From: Macrostomum lignano
Lineage: Eukaryota
Length of the DNA stretch: 64,000 nucleotides
Reading direction: 5' to 3'
NCBI GenBank assembly: GCA_002269645.1
Contig: NIVC01003113.1
Location: 1-64,000 of the forward strand
A program made the translations under genes and the position numbers. Numbering within the stretch: position 1 is the first letter of the stretch; every line of letters starts with the position of its first letter. Under the pieces are notes generated by a model. That model had not been told where the DNA came from. It made no database searches and was given only the letters and a program-made list of their open reading frames with translations. Shown here one piece after another: positions 1 through 12,629 of the stretch.

Positions 1-455
1 CTCCCTAAAAATTACTCAAATCTCACCCTGCCATCGCGCTAACCAATTAGTCAAATCTCACCTTGCATCGTAACCAATTAGTCAAATCTCACCCTACCAT
101 CGCCTAACCAATTAGTCAAATCTTACCCTGCCATCTCCCTACAATTAGTCAAGATCTCACCCTGCTATCTCCCAAAATTACTCAAATCCACCCTCATCTC
201 CCTACCAATTCGTCAAATCTCACCCTGCCATCTCCCTACCAATTAGTCAAATCTCACCCTGCCATCTCCTACCATTAGTCAAATCTCACCCTGCCATCTC
301 CCTACCAATTAGTCAAATCTCACCCTGCCATCTCCCTACCAATTAGTCAAATCTCACCCTGCCATCTCCTACCAATTAGTCAAATCTCACCCTGCCATCT
401 CCCTACCAATTAGTCAAATCTCACCCTGCCATCTCCCTACCAATTAGTCAAATAT
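1..455. repeat. 34-bp minisatellite (TCAAATCTCACCCTGCCATCTCCCTACCAATTAG)n, runs off the window start
   Basis: About 13 copies read directly, more degenerate at the left; ends about 30 bp before the GC-rich exon at 486, so probably intronic. Confidence 0.95.
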
Positions 456-485
456 CACCGTCACCTCGCCCCCCTTCACCGTCAG

Positions 486-855
486 GCCGCCGCCCTCAAG
501 TCCAGTCGGCAGCAGTCGAGTCCAGCGCCGACGCCTCGCGCAAAAGAAGCGCCAAGAAGGCTCGCCGCAAGATGCAGCTGTTCGCCCGCCGGCACGGCAT
601 GCCGGCCCTGGCCAATGTCAGCTGGTACAGCCTGCTGTTTGCCGAACGGACGTCCGGCCAGAAGGGCAAGAAGCGCTTTGCCGGGCAGGCGCAGCCGACT
701 GTGCAGAGGAGGAGCGCGAGCGCCTGCGCCAGCGAGCCGCCCAGGTGAACGCGGAGCGGTCGGCCGAATTGAAACGCTGGGCCGAATCGCACGGCATTAG
801 CGGCCAACTGCGGCCAAGTACTATTGTGCGCAAATTCTATAAGAAATATGCCTGA
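486..855 (+). CDS. Terminal exon of an HMG-box protein, TFAM-like (partial; apparent 1-bp deletion near 683-685)
   Basis: One frame gives RKRSAKKARRKMQLFARRHGMPALANVSWYSLLFAERTSGQKGKKRFA; the next frame gives AGAADCAEEERERLRQRAAQVNAERSAELKRWAESHG...KKYA* (TGA 853-855). Joined, this resembles the basic linker + HMG box 2 + tail of TFAM. Candidate acceptor CAG at 483-485; exact 5' boundary and frame there uncertain. Confidence 0.5.
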
Positions 856-1194
856 TTCAACTGCCTGTCCGAAGGGTAAACGAAGCTTGCTTCACTTCCT
901 TAATCTGTATTCGAATCGCTTGTTAATATTGAAGTATTGCGGTCAGTTTTGTCAAATATTCTTAACATTAAAAATTTCGTCATGTGTTCCAAACCCAAAT
1001 TCATCCCTATTTGGCTACCATAGTATGTATTAGTCTCATTAGTTAACTATTTGTTTATTCCATCGGACTGCATGTCAATCGTGTTTCAAATTTGTTTCCA
1101 GCGAATAATAAAACTCAATAAATTTCTAGGGCATTTTTTGTGTCCGTTAAATCGATTTGTGCTGTTTTCATTTGGGGCTTTTTATTATCAGCTA

Positions 1195-1352
1195 GGCTTA
1201 CTGGAAGGTCGGAGGTTCGATTCTTAACTCACACGGAACCATTTTTGTCCTTTGAGCAAGACACTTAAATCTGCATTGCTTCCATTTAGCCAGCTGTAAA
1301 ATGTGTGCCAGCATTAGCAATCTGGAGCTGGGTTGTGGGCTGAGCTGTCTGT
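1195..1352 (+). mobile_element. tRNA-derived SINE, truncated/internally deleted copy
   Basis: B-box-like GGTTCGATTC at 1214-1223, then TGTCCTTTGAGCAAGACACTTAA...CCAGCTGTAAAATG, a CORE-like central segment also present in the copy at 1837-2125. Confidence 0.75.
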
Positions 1353-1836
1353 ATATTGTTACTATTAGTAGGCCAAACTATTGAATTTGGTGTTAGTTGA
1401 AAGTATTGAAAATATTGATAGTACTCGTAGAATAGATTAGTTTAATCGTCTATTCCACGGACATTGCTAGCAAGTTGATGAGTAAAAACGTTTTGCTTTA
1501 TTAGTCAACAACTTTGCGTAACCCTAAACCTTGTCAACAGCAGCAACACAACATTTAGGTTAACAAACAATAGTCCCAGTACCGCTTACTGTTAATATAT
1601 AATAAAGTATTTTTAGCAATGCCATCAGCTATTTAAAAAGCTATTTAAAAAAACCGGTTTTTACGTTTTCGTTCACATTTGCTGACGAAATTTTCAGTGA
1701 GTCAGCCTAAAATAGCTCTACTGTAGGTAATCCGAGTAATTGAGTGGGCTGTGTGGGTGATGGGGGTAGAGATAGCGAAATGTAGGTATATAGGTCAAGG
1801 ACCTTTGCATACCTGTGGATTGGAAATCTTCCCAAT

Positions 1837-2125
1837 TGGGCCAGATGTGCAACCGACAGCTCAGCCGCAGCCATTGCGCGGTGCATCTGAAGGCTGTGAA
1901 GGCTGCGTACGGCTGTTCAGTCCAAGGACTCCTAGGGGGTCGCCACACACCCTCAATTACCCCAGCTAATGCTGGCACCCATTTTACGGCTGGGTGAACT
2001 GAAGCAATGCAGAGTTAAGTGTCTTGCTCAAGGACACAAACCGTTCCAAGTCGGATCGAGAAACGAACCCCTGACCCTTTAAGTCGCGAGTCCGACGCTC
2101 TGACCACTAGGCTCCAACCCCATCT
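1837..2125 (-). mobile_element. tRNA-derived SINE, near full length
   Basis: Minus strand: A box TAGTGGTCAGAGCG (2096-2110), B box GGTTCGTTTC (2060-2069), core GTGTCCTTGAGCAAGACACTTAAC (2014-2037). Flanked by ~27-bp direct repeats at 1809-1836 and 2126-2152. Confidence 0.85.
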
Positions 2126-2504
2126 ATACCTGTAATTGGAAATCTTCCCAATCTAAATCCCGAACTAGTAGAATAACTAAATTGCATTAGTTGGGACTGC
2201 GGGCTTTTTAGCGACTGCTCTGATGTATGGCTTGATTGAAATAACAGTCACAAGTTTTTTCTCGTAACGAGACGAGGAGACAAAAACAAAAGAAGCAACC
2301 TGAAGCAGAAAGACAAACAATGGGGGGTTGTCTGGAAGTGGGAATTCTCACTTCCATGTTTTCTCACTTCCAGCTAGCTTCATTGGTCAATTTGTCCATC
2401 AGGATTTAAGGAGGAATGGGGGTGTGGGTGCGAAGCCCCCACTTACAACCATAGACTTTTATTTTACGCTCATGGACTCGTTCGTTTTCTAAAATAATAT
2501 CCCG

Positions 2505-2770
2505 GTAAGTATTGACGGGTAATTGCCTTAACGTAAATTAACATAGACATTTTGAAAAATGTAGCTAGAGCACCCTGGTTAGTACCAGAGTAGCGCGAGC
2601 CAACAGAATAGCCACTTTTCTACCATAGACAAAATTCTGTAACTAATGGAAATGCAGAGTTGGCTGCAGATACTTTTATAGTCTAATTCTATTTGCAGAC
2701 TCTTGTCTATGTTCTGCTTCGGGCTATTGGAATTAATGCAATTTTAATTCCCTAATTTGATATTTTTCAG
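2505..2770 (+). other. Probable 5'-UTR intron of AP2S1
   Basis: Donor G|GTAAGT at 2505; polypyrimidine tract and TTTTTCAG acceptor ending at 2770, 16 nt before the ATG. Confidence 0.55.
2623..2712. mobile_element. ~90-bp degenerate inverted-repeat mini-element of the CCATAGAC family
   Basis: CCATAGACAAAATTCTG (2623-2639) pairs imperfectly with CAGACTCTTGTCTATGT (ending 2712); similar size and ends to the element at 15455-15551. Confidence 0.5.
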
Positions 2771-2786
2771 ACCCTGAACAGCAGGC

Positions 2787-3215
2787 ATGATCCGATTTAT
2801 CCTGATCCAGAACCGGGCGGGCAAGACTCGCCTAGCCAAATGGTACATGGAGTTTGCCGACGAGGAGAAGCAGAAGTTAATTGAAGAGGTACACGCCACC
2901 GTGACCGTACGCGACGCTAAGCACACAAACTTTGTGGAGTTTCGCAATTATAAAATCGTTTATAGACGCTATGCAGGTTTGTACTTTTGCATCTGCGTCG
3001 ATATTGGCGACAATAATCTGATGTACTTGGAGGCTATTCACAATTTTGTCGAGGTACTGAACGAATACTTTCAAAACGTGTGCGAACTGGACTTGGTGTT
3101 CAATTTCTACAAGGTGTACACTGTGGTTGACGAGATGTTCCTGGCTGGCGAGATCCGGGAGACCAGCCAGACTAAGGTGCTGCGCCAGCTGATGATGCTG
3201 TCTACCTTGGAGTGA
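2787..3215 (+). CDS. AP2S1: AP-2 complex subunit sigma, 142 aa, intronless CDS
   Basis: [20 protein letters not shown]...[13 protein letters not shown]...[33 protein letters not shown] is the highly conserved AP2 sigma sequence; ATG to TGA intact. Confidence 0.98.
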   Translation: MIRFILIQNRAGKTRLAKWYMEFADEEKQKLIEEVHATVTVRDAKHTNFVEFRNYKIVYRRYAGLYFCICVDIGDNNLMYLEAIHNFVEVLNEYFQNVCELDLVFNFYKVYTVVDEMFLAGEIRETSQTKVLRQLMMLSTLE

Positions 3216-3674
3216 GAGTTCAATGAGAATTGAGGCACTGTAATTTCAACTAAACGGTACACTCTGCAACGAGAGAAGTGGATCGGGAACTTTTCAGTGC
3301 AATGTTTTGTATCTTATCTTTTATATCGCTGAGTCACCGCATATCTTAATAACTTGACTCTGTATTATAAAACAACTGGAGTTACTTTGCTTCAAATTTC
3401 AAGCTGGGTAGGGACTCAGCTCGTTTGCTCTGCCCAGTGCCCTGCCTCTCTCGATTGATTAATATTCTCTATTCGTGCGCAGATTCGTAAATCTTTGATC
3501 AATCGTTTCTTCTCTAGTTAAAACAATGAAATTCCAAAAAATTCAATTGCGCAGCCACCTTTAATCTTCATTTTTATATTGGGGCGTTTCTTTCTAGGGT
3601 CATTCAGACGGGGCGTGGCTCACTTAGAATTCAATTGCGCATGGTGCGCTCGCGCTTTGATAATAGTCTGACTC

Positions 3675-4945
3675 CGCCCAATCTAGCCCTCCAATCTGCC
3701 TCTAATCCGCTCCCTCCAGCCCTCCAATCTGCCTCTAATCCGCTCCCTCCAGCCTTCCAATCTGCCTCTACTCCGCTCCCTCCAGCCCTCCAATCTGCCT
3801 CTACTCCGCTCCCTCCAGCCTTCCAATCTGCCCCTACTCCGCTCCCTCCAGCCTTCCAATCTGCCTCTACTCCGCTCCCTTCAGCCTTCCAATCTGCCTC
3901 TACTCCGCTCCCTTCAGCCTTCCAATCTGCCTCTACTCCGCTCCCTTCAGCCTTCCAATCTGCCTCTAATCCGCTCCCTCCAGCCTTCCAATCTGCCTCT
4001 ACTCCGCTCCCTTCAGCCTTCCAATCTGCCTCTACTCCGCTCCCTTCAGCCTTCCAATCTGCCTCTACTCCGCTCCCTTCAGCCTTCCAATCTGCCTCTA
4101 CTCCGCTCCTTCAGCCTTCCAATCTGCCTCTACTCCGCTCCCTTCAGCCTTCCAATCTGCCTCTACTCCGCTCCCTTCAGCCTTCCAATCTGCCTCTGCT
4201 CCGCTCCCTTCAGCCTTCCAATCTGCCTCTACTCCGCTCCCTCCAGCCCTCCAATCTGCCTCTGCTCCGCTCCCTTCAGCCTTCCAATCTGCCTCTACTC
4301 CGCTCCCTTCAGCCTTCCAATCTGCCTCTACTCCGCTCCCTTCAGCCTTCCAATCTGCCTCTGCTCCGCTCCCTTCAGCCTTCCAATCTGCCTCTACTCC
4401 GCTCCCTTCAGCCTTCCAATCTGCCTCTACTCCGCTCCCTTCAGCCTTCCAATCTGCCTCTACTCCGCTCCCTTCAGCCTTCCAATCTGCCTCTACTCCG
4501 CTCCCTTCAGCCTTCCAATCTGCCTCTACTCCGCTCCCTTCAGCCTTCCAATCTGCCTCTACTCCGCTCCCTTCAGCTTTCCAATCTGCCTCTACTCCGC
4601 TCCCTTCAGCCTTCCAATCTGCCTCTACTCCGCTCCCTTCAGCCTTCCAATCTGCCTCTACTCCGCTCCCTTCAGCTTTCCAATCTGCCTCTACTCCGCT
4701 CCCTTCAGCCTTCCAATCTGCCTCTACTCCGCTCCCTTCAGCCTTCCAATCTGCCTCTACTCCGCTCCCTTCAGCCTTCCAATCTGCCTCTGCTCCGCTC
4801 CCTTCAGCCTTCCAATCTGCCTCTACTCCGCTCCCTTCAGCCCTCCAATCTGCCTCTACTCCGCTCCCTTCAGCCTTCCAATCTGCCTCTACTCCGCTCC
4901 CTCCAGCCCTCCAATCTGCCTCTAATCGGCTCCCTCCAGCCTCTA
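3675..4945. repeat. 33-bp minisatellite (CCTTCCAATCTGCCTCTACTCCGCTCCCTTCAG)n
   Basis: About 38 near-identical copies; accounts for the repetitive ORFs 3635-4975 and 4098-4952. Confidence 0.97.
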
Positions 4946-6845
4946 CTATCATGGTCAGAGATAGTTATTCATTAGTATTGCTGCTATTATTTTATTTGTT
5001 ATTAACGATGTTAGTCAGATAAATATTCAGGTGAACTTCTGCAGTGCAATAGTTTTATGATTCGCATAGATAAAAGCTTCCAGTATTTTTACATGTTATT
5101 ACACAGGGACAACAGGTTGCACTACAATCTGCTTTACAAAGTTATCTTTTAACAAAGTATCGAAAACATGATTTATTCCAAAACGCTGTATTCTTTATTT
5201 ATAACTTATTTTGCTTCAATCTGTGTTCCAGTTTGCGTACTTTCAGTTTCCATTTTTTCCACACCGCAAAAACTTATTGCTGTTTAATCAGTTTGCTTAT
5301 ATATATATAACTCTAATCATAAGCTATAGAAGGCATTAGTAATTAGTATGTGAAATTATTTTGTGGCAATATTAATATGCATACATTTAGACTTATTCAC
5401 TCTAATTAATACCAGTTTCCGCATAATATTTATATATATATTATTTATCATATCTATGATTTGCTGCTACGCTTGGTGATTTGCTATCAATAAATATAAC
5501 GAATCAAGAAGTTAAATTTACTATAAAATGTTATAAATATGCTTAACATTTCTGGTTGTGTAGTTATTTTTAAGCGATAGCCTGTTGCGACTAAGGCTGT
5601 CAAATGCATCCCGTTATGACAAAATAATTAACGAAAAGGGCTACTGACTGTTTTATCAGTTGCCATGGTGACCAAGCTGCTAGGCGCATAATGCTGAGAG
5701 TTATTGACACTAAACTATGCGCTTATAAACTATATTAACACACCTGTTTACCAAAAGAGACAGTACTAAACTGCACTTCCATGCCCAATTCAAGCCATGA
5801 TAGTTCACGCCAATGCTCATTCACTCGCCTACTATTCGTAAACACAATGAGTTCACAAAAACAACAAGAGGGTACTGAAGAGCTCAAGTTTCGTCATCGT
5901 TTGGTTGGGTTATTGAGCTGACGAATTTTGAATGAATGAATGAATGCAGTTTCAAAGCTCAATGCTGAGTGCATGCAGACAGGTGCAGAGATTGATGTAG
6001 CTAATTATCAGTCGCGGGAGTCTGGATTCGGTCTGGTTTGTAGTTCTGTCCTGCAGAGTGGGCGTCCACTGCGTCAGCATTCATCTATTGTTGTCTACGC
6101 TGTCTTTTGTCAACGAAATGTTTACAAAAACTCAAATTTGGCGAAGCTAATTCACTATAGTAAATAGTTTCTTAGTCGAAATCTAAGGCAGAATTCCTTG
6201 TCTTCATATACATCATCTCGCTGCACTGCATGGCCCCCTCAGTCCCAGTTCTTGGCTGACTCGTCTGAGCATGAATTGTACGAATTGAAGCTGACTCACA
6301 GCGTGCACTCACGCTTTCATCCACTGTACTACCAATGCTCCACACTGCTTCCCTGTTGCTAAACGTGCGGCAGCGTGTTCAATGTACGAGTATAAGACAG
6401 TTTCTTTACCGAATGTATACCTGCGTGACGATGACTTCTACTCGTAGCTCGTGCGTATACAGTTTTAGAACGGAAGGATCCAGCAACCAACTGAACACGG
6501 AATCTTATCGCAAGCAGACAGGATCGCGCTTATCGCTATTTCGCGCGCACACTTGAGCAAATAAGAAATCAACGACAGAACGGCAGAGCATCCTTTGAAG
6601 TTCGAACTGGCTATATTTAGTCACGCCGGGCCAAGATTCTTCAAACAAGGACTTTACAAGGGGTTACATGAACAAAAATTTGTAAGATTTGAGGCAGTCG
6701 TCTTACCAGAACTGAGCTCTGATCTAATACGGATATCAGATTGCAATACCAAAATATTATAATTACGCCAAAAACCTTTGTAAGGGCCATTCGTACCCGT
6801 AGAAGCTGAGTTCAGGAGACTGAACTCGAAACTCCAAAACTATAC

Positions 6846-7667
6846 CAAACCTCCCAAACTCCCAAACCTCCCAACCTCCTAACCTCCCAAACTCCCAAAC
6901 CTCCCAAACTCCAAACCTCCCAAACTCTCACACCTCCTAAACTCCCAAACCTCCCAAACTCCCAAACTAACCAAACTCCCAAACCTCCCAAACTCCAAAC
7001 CTCCCAAACTCCAAACCTCCCAAACTCTCACACCTCCCAAACTTCCAAACCTCCCAAACTCCCAAACTAACCAAACTCCCAAACCTCCCAAACTCCCAAA
7101 TCTCCCAAACTAACCAAACTCCCAAACTAACCAAACTCCCAAACCTCCCAACCTCCTAACCTCCTAAACTCCCAAACCTCCCAAACTCCCAAACCTCCCA
7201 ACCTCCTAACCTCCCAAACTCCCAAGCCTCCCAAACTCCGAACCTCCCAAACTCCAAACCTCCCAAACTCCCACACCTCCCAAACTCCAAACCTCCCAAA
7301 CTCCAAACCTCCCAAACTCCCACACCTCCCAAACTCACAAACCTCCCAAACTCCCAAACCTCCCAAACTCCCAAACCTCCCAAACTCCCACACCTCCCAA
7401 ACTCACAAACCTCCCAAACTCCAAACCTCCCAAACTCCAAACCTCCCAAACTCCCACACCTCCCAAACTCACAAACCTCCCAAACTCCCACACCTCCCAA
7501 ACTCCAAACCTCCCAAACTCCCACACCTCCCAAACTCACAAACCTCCCAAACTCCCAAACCTCCCAAACTCCCAAACCTCCCAAACTCCCAAATCTCCCA
7601 AACCTCCCAAACTCCCAAACTCCCAAATCTCCCAAACCTCCCAAACCTCCCAAACTCCCAAACCTCT
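6846..7667. repeat. 16/17-bp C/A-rich minisatellite (CCTCCCAAACTCCCAAA)n
   Basis: Read directly; the plus strand is almost G-free. Confidence 0.95.
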
Positions 7668-8964
7668 AGAAAGCAGGTTTTTAAGGAAACAAATCAATAA
7701 CTTTTGAGTTTAGGACACAGTACATTAGTACGTAAACGATACGCACAGCCCTTTAAGAAATAATTCGATACATGATGATAACCAAGTGCTTCATAATCCG
7801 TGGGAATTCTATGAAATGTGTTATTTTCTGTAGAAAGAAATCCAACTGTTGCAGTCTGTCGGCGACAGACTAATCAATAAAAAAAACTTTTGTACGACTT
7901 CTGGGACGCGCTCGCCATCCAGACACTCTTTATAGAAGAAAGCGAGAGCAAAGCTGACGAAATCGTAATCTGGATACAAGTTCAAGCATCAGTGCACTAT
8001 ATATAGTATTCAGACATTTAGCTGTCCTTGAACGAGTCGGTGGGTTTCTTTCATCTGGTTGTCCATGTGACTAATGCGATCTGGTGCAAGATTACATGCA
8101 ACTATCTAAGTATCTGATAGCTGCTGCTGCGCGTGTGAAGGTCAGAAGGTCTGTTGACAATATTTCAATAGTCTGTTAATGAGATGTTGGTGTTAATAGT
8201 CTTGTCTAAAAATCACAAAAATGGTACGGCTCAACTCATATGGTTTTATGAATCTATTTTATCATTCTGTAGCTAGCTTTAATAACTGTGTAACAAAATG
8301 TGTAACAGGTCAAAAATAAAAAATGAGAACCTCTAGATTCTCCGTAATGTATTTTCCATTAAGACCTGCCTCCTAAAAGTTTTTCCAGAAACGTTTAGTT
8401 TCCCGTCCCACTTGGTGCAGACACTGGGTGCTCTCCTCTTAGTGCTTGTTGCATCACGCGCTGGTTTCTGCACTTTGTACACAGGCATCAATTTTTTATC
8501 CTGCTGCGCAAAAACAGCAACCCGTGATCAACTGAAAGCTGCTTTCTGGGCGCGCGGAGACCTCGATAGGAAATCAATACAGATGAATGCTGGATTTAAA
8601 CTGCCTGTCACACTGAGGGCACAGCTGATGCATCCTAGTACATACGGACAGCTAATAGATACATTTATCTGTAAGCTTGACCAATTGTTAAAAATAGCAA
8701 ATTCATATAGAATTCCAACTGCAGCTCTGCATATCTATAGCTATTCGTGAACAATATATTTAGTATGGTCACTCGTACAGATTGCCCTATGCAGTGAATA
8801 CGAATATAAGACCATTCTTATCTAGTTATCATGGTCATGGAGATACTATTCGAATAACTAAGTTGTGGCTCGATTTAGAATAAAGATATTAATACCAGCT
8901 GCAGATGCAGTGCAAATCATGAGCCCTATGCATGCAGGTTAGTTCTTGGTGCCATCTCTATCAC

Positions 8965-10612
8965 AAATCCTAACCTTCACAAACGCCAATCTTCACAAAC
9001 CCCAATCTTCACAAACGCCAATCTTCACAAACCCCAATCTTCACAAACCCCAATCTTCACAAACCCCAATCTTCACAAACCCCAATCTTCACAAACCCCA
9101 ATCTTCACAAACCCCAATCTTCACAAACCCCAATCTTCACAAACCCCAATCTTCACAAACCCCAATCTTCACAAACCCCAATCTTCACAAACCCCAATCT
9201 TCACAAACCCCAATCTTCACAAACCCCAATCTTCACAAACCCAATCTTCACAAACCCCAATCTTCACAAACCCCAATCTTCACAAACCATAAACCTCACA
9301 AACCCCAATCTTCACAAACCCCAATCTTCACAAACCCCAATCTTCACAAACCCCAATCTTCACAAACCCCAATCTTCACAAACCCCAATCTTCACAAACC
9401 CTAATCTTCACAAACCCTAATCTTCACAAACCCCAATCTTCACAAACCCAATCTTCACAAACCCCAATCTTCACAAACCCCAATCTTCACAAACCCCAAT
9501 CTTCACAAACCCCAATCTTCACAAACCCCAATCTTCACAAACCCCAATCTTCACAAACCATAAACCTCACAAACCCCAATCTTCACAAACCCCAATCTTC
9601 ACAAACCCCAATCTTCACAAACCCCAATCTTCACAAACCCAATCTTCACAAACCCTAATCTTCACAAACCCCAATCTTCACAAACCCCAATCTTCACAAA
9701 CCCCAATCTTCACAAACCCCAATCTTCACAAATCCTAACCTTCACAAACCCAATCTTCACAAACCCAATCTTCACAAACCCCAATCTTCACAAACCCCAA
9801 TCTTCACAAACCCCAATCTTCACAAACCCCAATCTTCACAAACCCCAATCTTCACAAACCCCAATCTTCACAAACCCCAATCTTCACAAACCCCAATCTT
9901 CACAAACCCCAATCTTCACAAACCCCAATCTTCACAAACCCCAATCTTCACAAACCCCAATCTTCACAAACCCAATCTTCACAAACCCCAATCTTCACAA
10001 ACCCAATCTTCACAAACCCCAATCTTCACAAACCCCAATCTTCACAAACCCCAATCTTCACAAACCCCAATCTTCACAAACCCCAATCTTCACAAACCCC
10101 AATCTTCACAAACCCCAATCTTCACAAACCCCAATCTTCACAAACCCCAATCTTCACAAACCCCAATCTTCACAAACCCAATCTTCACAAACCCCAATCT
10201 TCACAAACCCCAATCTTCACAAACCATAAACCTCACAAACCCCAATCTTCACAAACCCCAATCTTCACAAACCCCAATCTTCACAAACCCCAATCTTCAC
10301 AAACCCCAATCTTCACAAACCCAATCTTCACAAACCCTAACCTTCACAAACCCTAACCTTCACAAACCCTAAAATTCACAAACCCTAACCTTCACAAACC
10401 CTAACCTTCACAAACCCTAACCTTTACAAACCCTAACCTTCACAAACCCTAACCTTCACAAACCCTAACCTTCACAAACCCTAACCTTCACAAACCCTAA
10501 CCTTTACAAACCCTAACCTTCACAAACCCTAACCTTCACAAACCCTAACCTTCACAAACCCTAACCTTCACAAACCCTAACCTTTACAAACCCTAACCTT
10601 CACAAACCCTGA
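8965..10612. repeat. 16-bp minisatellite (CTTCACAAACCCCAAT)n grading into (CTTCACAAACCCTAAC)n
   Basis: About 100 copies; the unit variant switches near 10330. Confidence 0.97.
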
Positions 10613-11264
10613 ATTTTTAATACTTTAAAAAACTCTGGCAACACCCTGTCTGAAGTTTTTGGTTTGTGAAATTTGATTCTAAGTTGAATTTCGTTCAAAA
10701 ACGGAGCGCTGCGGTAAGCGCCAGATTCCTAAACTGACCTCGCTAAGAAAAATTACCGAAGTTAATCAAATGTTAAACTCAAATAGCCGTGTAGCTCGTG
10801 CACGTGCACCTTCACCCTAGTTAACTATGCAGAGGTCAATTGAGGTCACCACCAGTAGGAACTTAGAAACTGAGAGTCACACCCACGCGAACAAGAAGAC
10901 CGTTAGAAGCAGGTGCAAATTGCCTTCTCAAGAGTTTTATAATTAGATTTTGAGCACGGCAAGGGTCACGCAGCCAAAGGGAAGAAATTTTTTTTTCAAG
11001 GGTCTCTTACCATACAGATAAGCGGGGGGCGAATTGCAGTGGAAAGTTTGCACTCGATTCTGTTGGCTTAATTTGGTTTCCAGTTTGCCATATCAAAGCA
11101 AAACCAGCTCAAGAAAATTCCACAGTAAGAACAGCATGCGTGTTTCAGTTCCGGTTTAGAATTCCAGTTCCCTAGTGACTCATATTGACGCTTAAACATC
11201 TGCCTTATAGTTTACTTTAGTTCTTGCTAGATTGTGGACTTCTTTAACCTCCTAGTGTCCTAGT

Positions 11265-11545
11265 ATCTCAGAGAGGAGAAAAGAGAGGGGAGAAGAGAGA
11301 AGAGCGGAGAGCGGAGAGAAGTGAAGAGAAGAGTGAAGAGAGAAGAGAGAAGAGAGGAGAGAAGAGAAGAGACAAGAGAGGAGAGAAGAGAAGAGATAAG
11401 AGAGGAGAGAAGAGAGGAGAGAAGAGAAGAGACAAGAGAGGAGAGAAGAGAAGAGATAAGAGAGGAGAGAAGAGAGGAGAGAAGAGAAGAGAGAAGAGAA
11501 AAGAGAGAAGAGAGAGGAGAAGAGAGAGAAGAGCTGAAAAGAGAC
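11265..11545. repeat. Purine-rich (GA) low-complexity repeat
   Basis: GAGAAGAGAGGA-type units read directly. Confidence 0.9.
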
Positions 11546-12629
11546 AAATTTCTAGCGGGTAGGATTGCTAAGAAATTGCTTTAAAAAGTCCCGAAGGCTT
11601 CTAACCCTAACCCTAATTTTAACGTTCCCCAAATTAGAACTGTGGGATCTAAGACCCTTTACATTGCCTTGTTCTTTATTTCTAGAACCCGCTTGCTTAG
11701 TCATTCAGGAAAAAAGCCAGACTGAAGGCTTGTCCTCATTCGCCCCCGGTATGACCCCCGCACTATGCTGTTTTATCTGTAAGTCTTCCCCTCGGTTCTG
11801 CCAGTTCCCTCCACAATTTTCCCCAGCATAGGGGGGGACATATGGGGCGTTCATCATCAGTTTAGCTGTACATTCAGGTTCAGAATGTTCAGGGTGATTC
11901 ATGCGCAGTGTGAGGTGGGCCTCAGTCTGCATTGGGCATTGGACGATGCTTCTATTAGTTATACTGCGCGATGCATCAACCAACGAGAGAAGGCCCGGCC
12001 AGGGGAAGGAAAACTACTATGGCACTATGGCATTGGTAGAACCTATAATATAACCTTTAGTGGCTATAAAGTGGCTCAGACAGGCCAGGAAAACGGAGAA
12101 TTGCATTAAAAAAGCAAGCTCCAGACCAACCTTAGTCTTTGTTCAAATCCAGATTCTTCCTGTTAATACTAAACGAAAATTGAGACGCATTTCAAAATGC
12201 AGTCTCAGCTGGCTTTTTGAAAGCGCATTGGGGAAGTTTGAGCCCAGAAGAATGAGCTGCGTTCGCGCACTGACGGTAGCACTGCTGCTTCTCAGCCTCA
12301 TCAACGAACCCACGTGACTTATTGGAACCTACGGTGAGTACAATGAGCTTTGTCTTTCTCATTCTATTGTTGTTCTTATTGTTAATTTTTTACATTGTGA
12401 ATTAACTTTGCTCACTTTATCGAAAGTCAAAACAATGGGATTAGGATGTGTATTGTATTGTTTTGCCTCTGAATGGAAGAGTTGCAACTAAAGTTCCTGT
12501 GTTAAAATGTGAAATAGTTGACACTGATGATTACGAGCAATTTATTGTCGTTCTTTGTCAAAAATCTTATGATTAGTTTGTATAATCCATATAAGCCACG
12601 TTTCCCTCCTTGACCATCACCCTACTGTG

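Noticed and set aside
3635-4975. 446-aa and 284-aa repetitive ORFs, and similar ORFs at 18.8-20.2, 21.4-22.5, 33.4-34.2, 37.4-38.5 and 39.2-40.2 kb
   Set aside because: They are translations of minisatellites that lack stop codons; no unique coding flanks or splice context.
11601-11616. Interstitial telomere or chromosome fusion site
   Set aside because: Only about 2.7 hexamers; too short to support.
12270-12345. Isolated strong donor sites (12336, ~20690, ~21335, ~50408) suggesting non-coding first exons
   Set aside because: Plausible UTR exons, but they cannot be assigned to a gene without transcript data.
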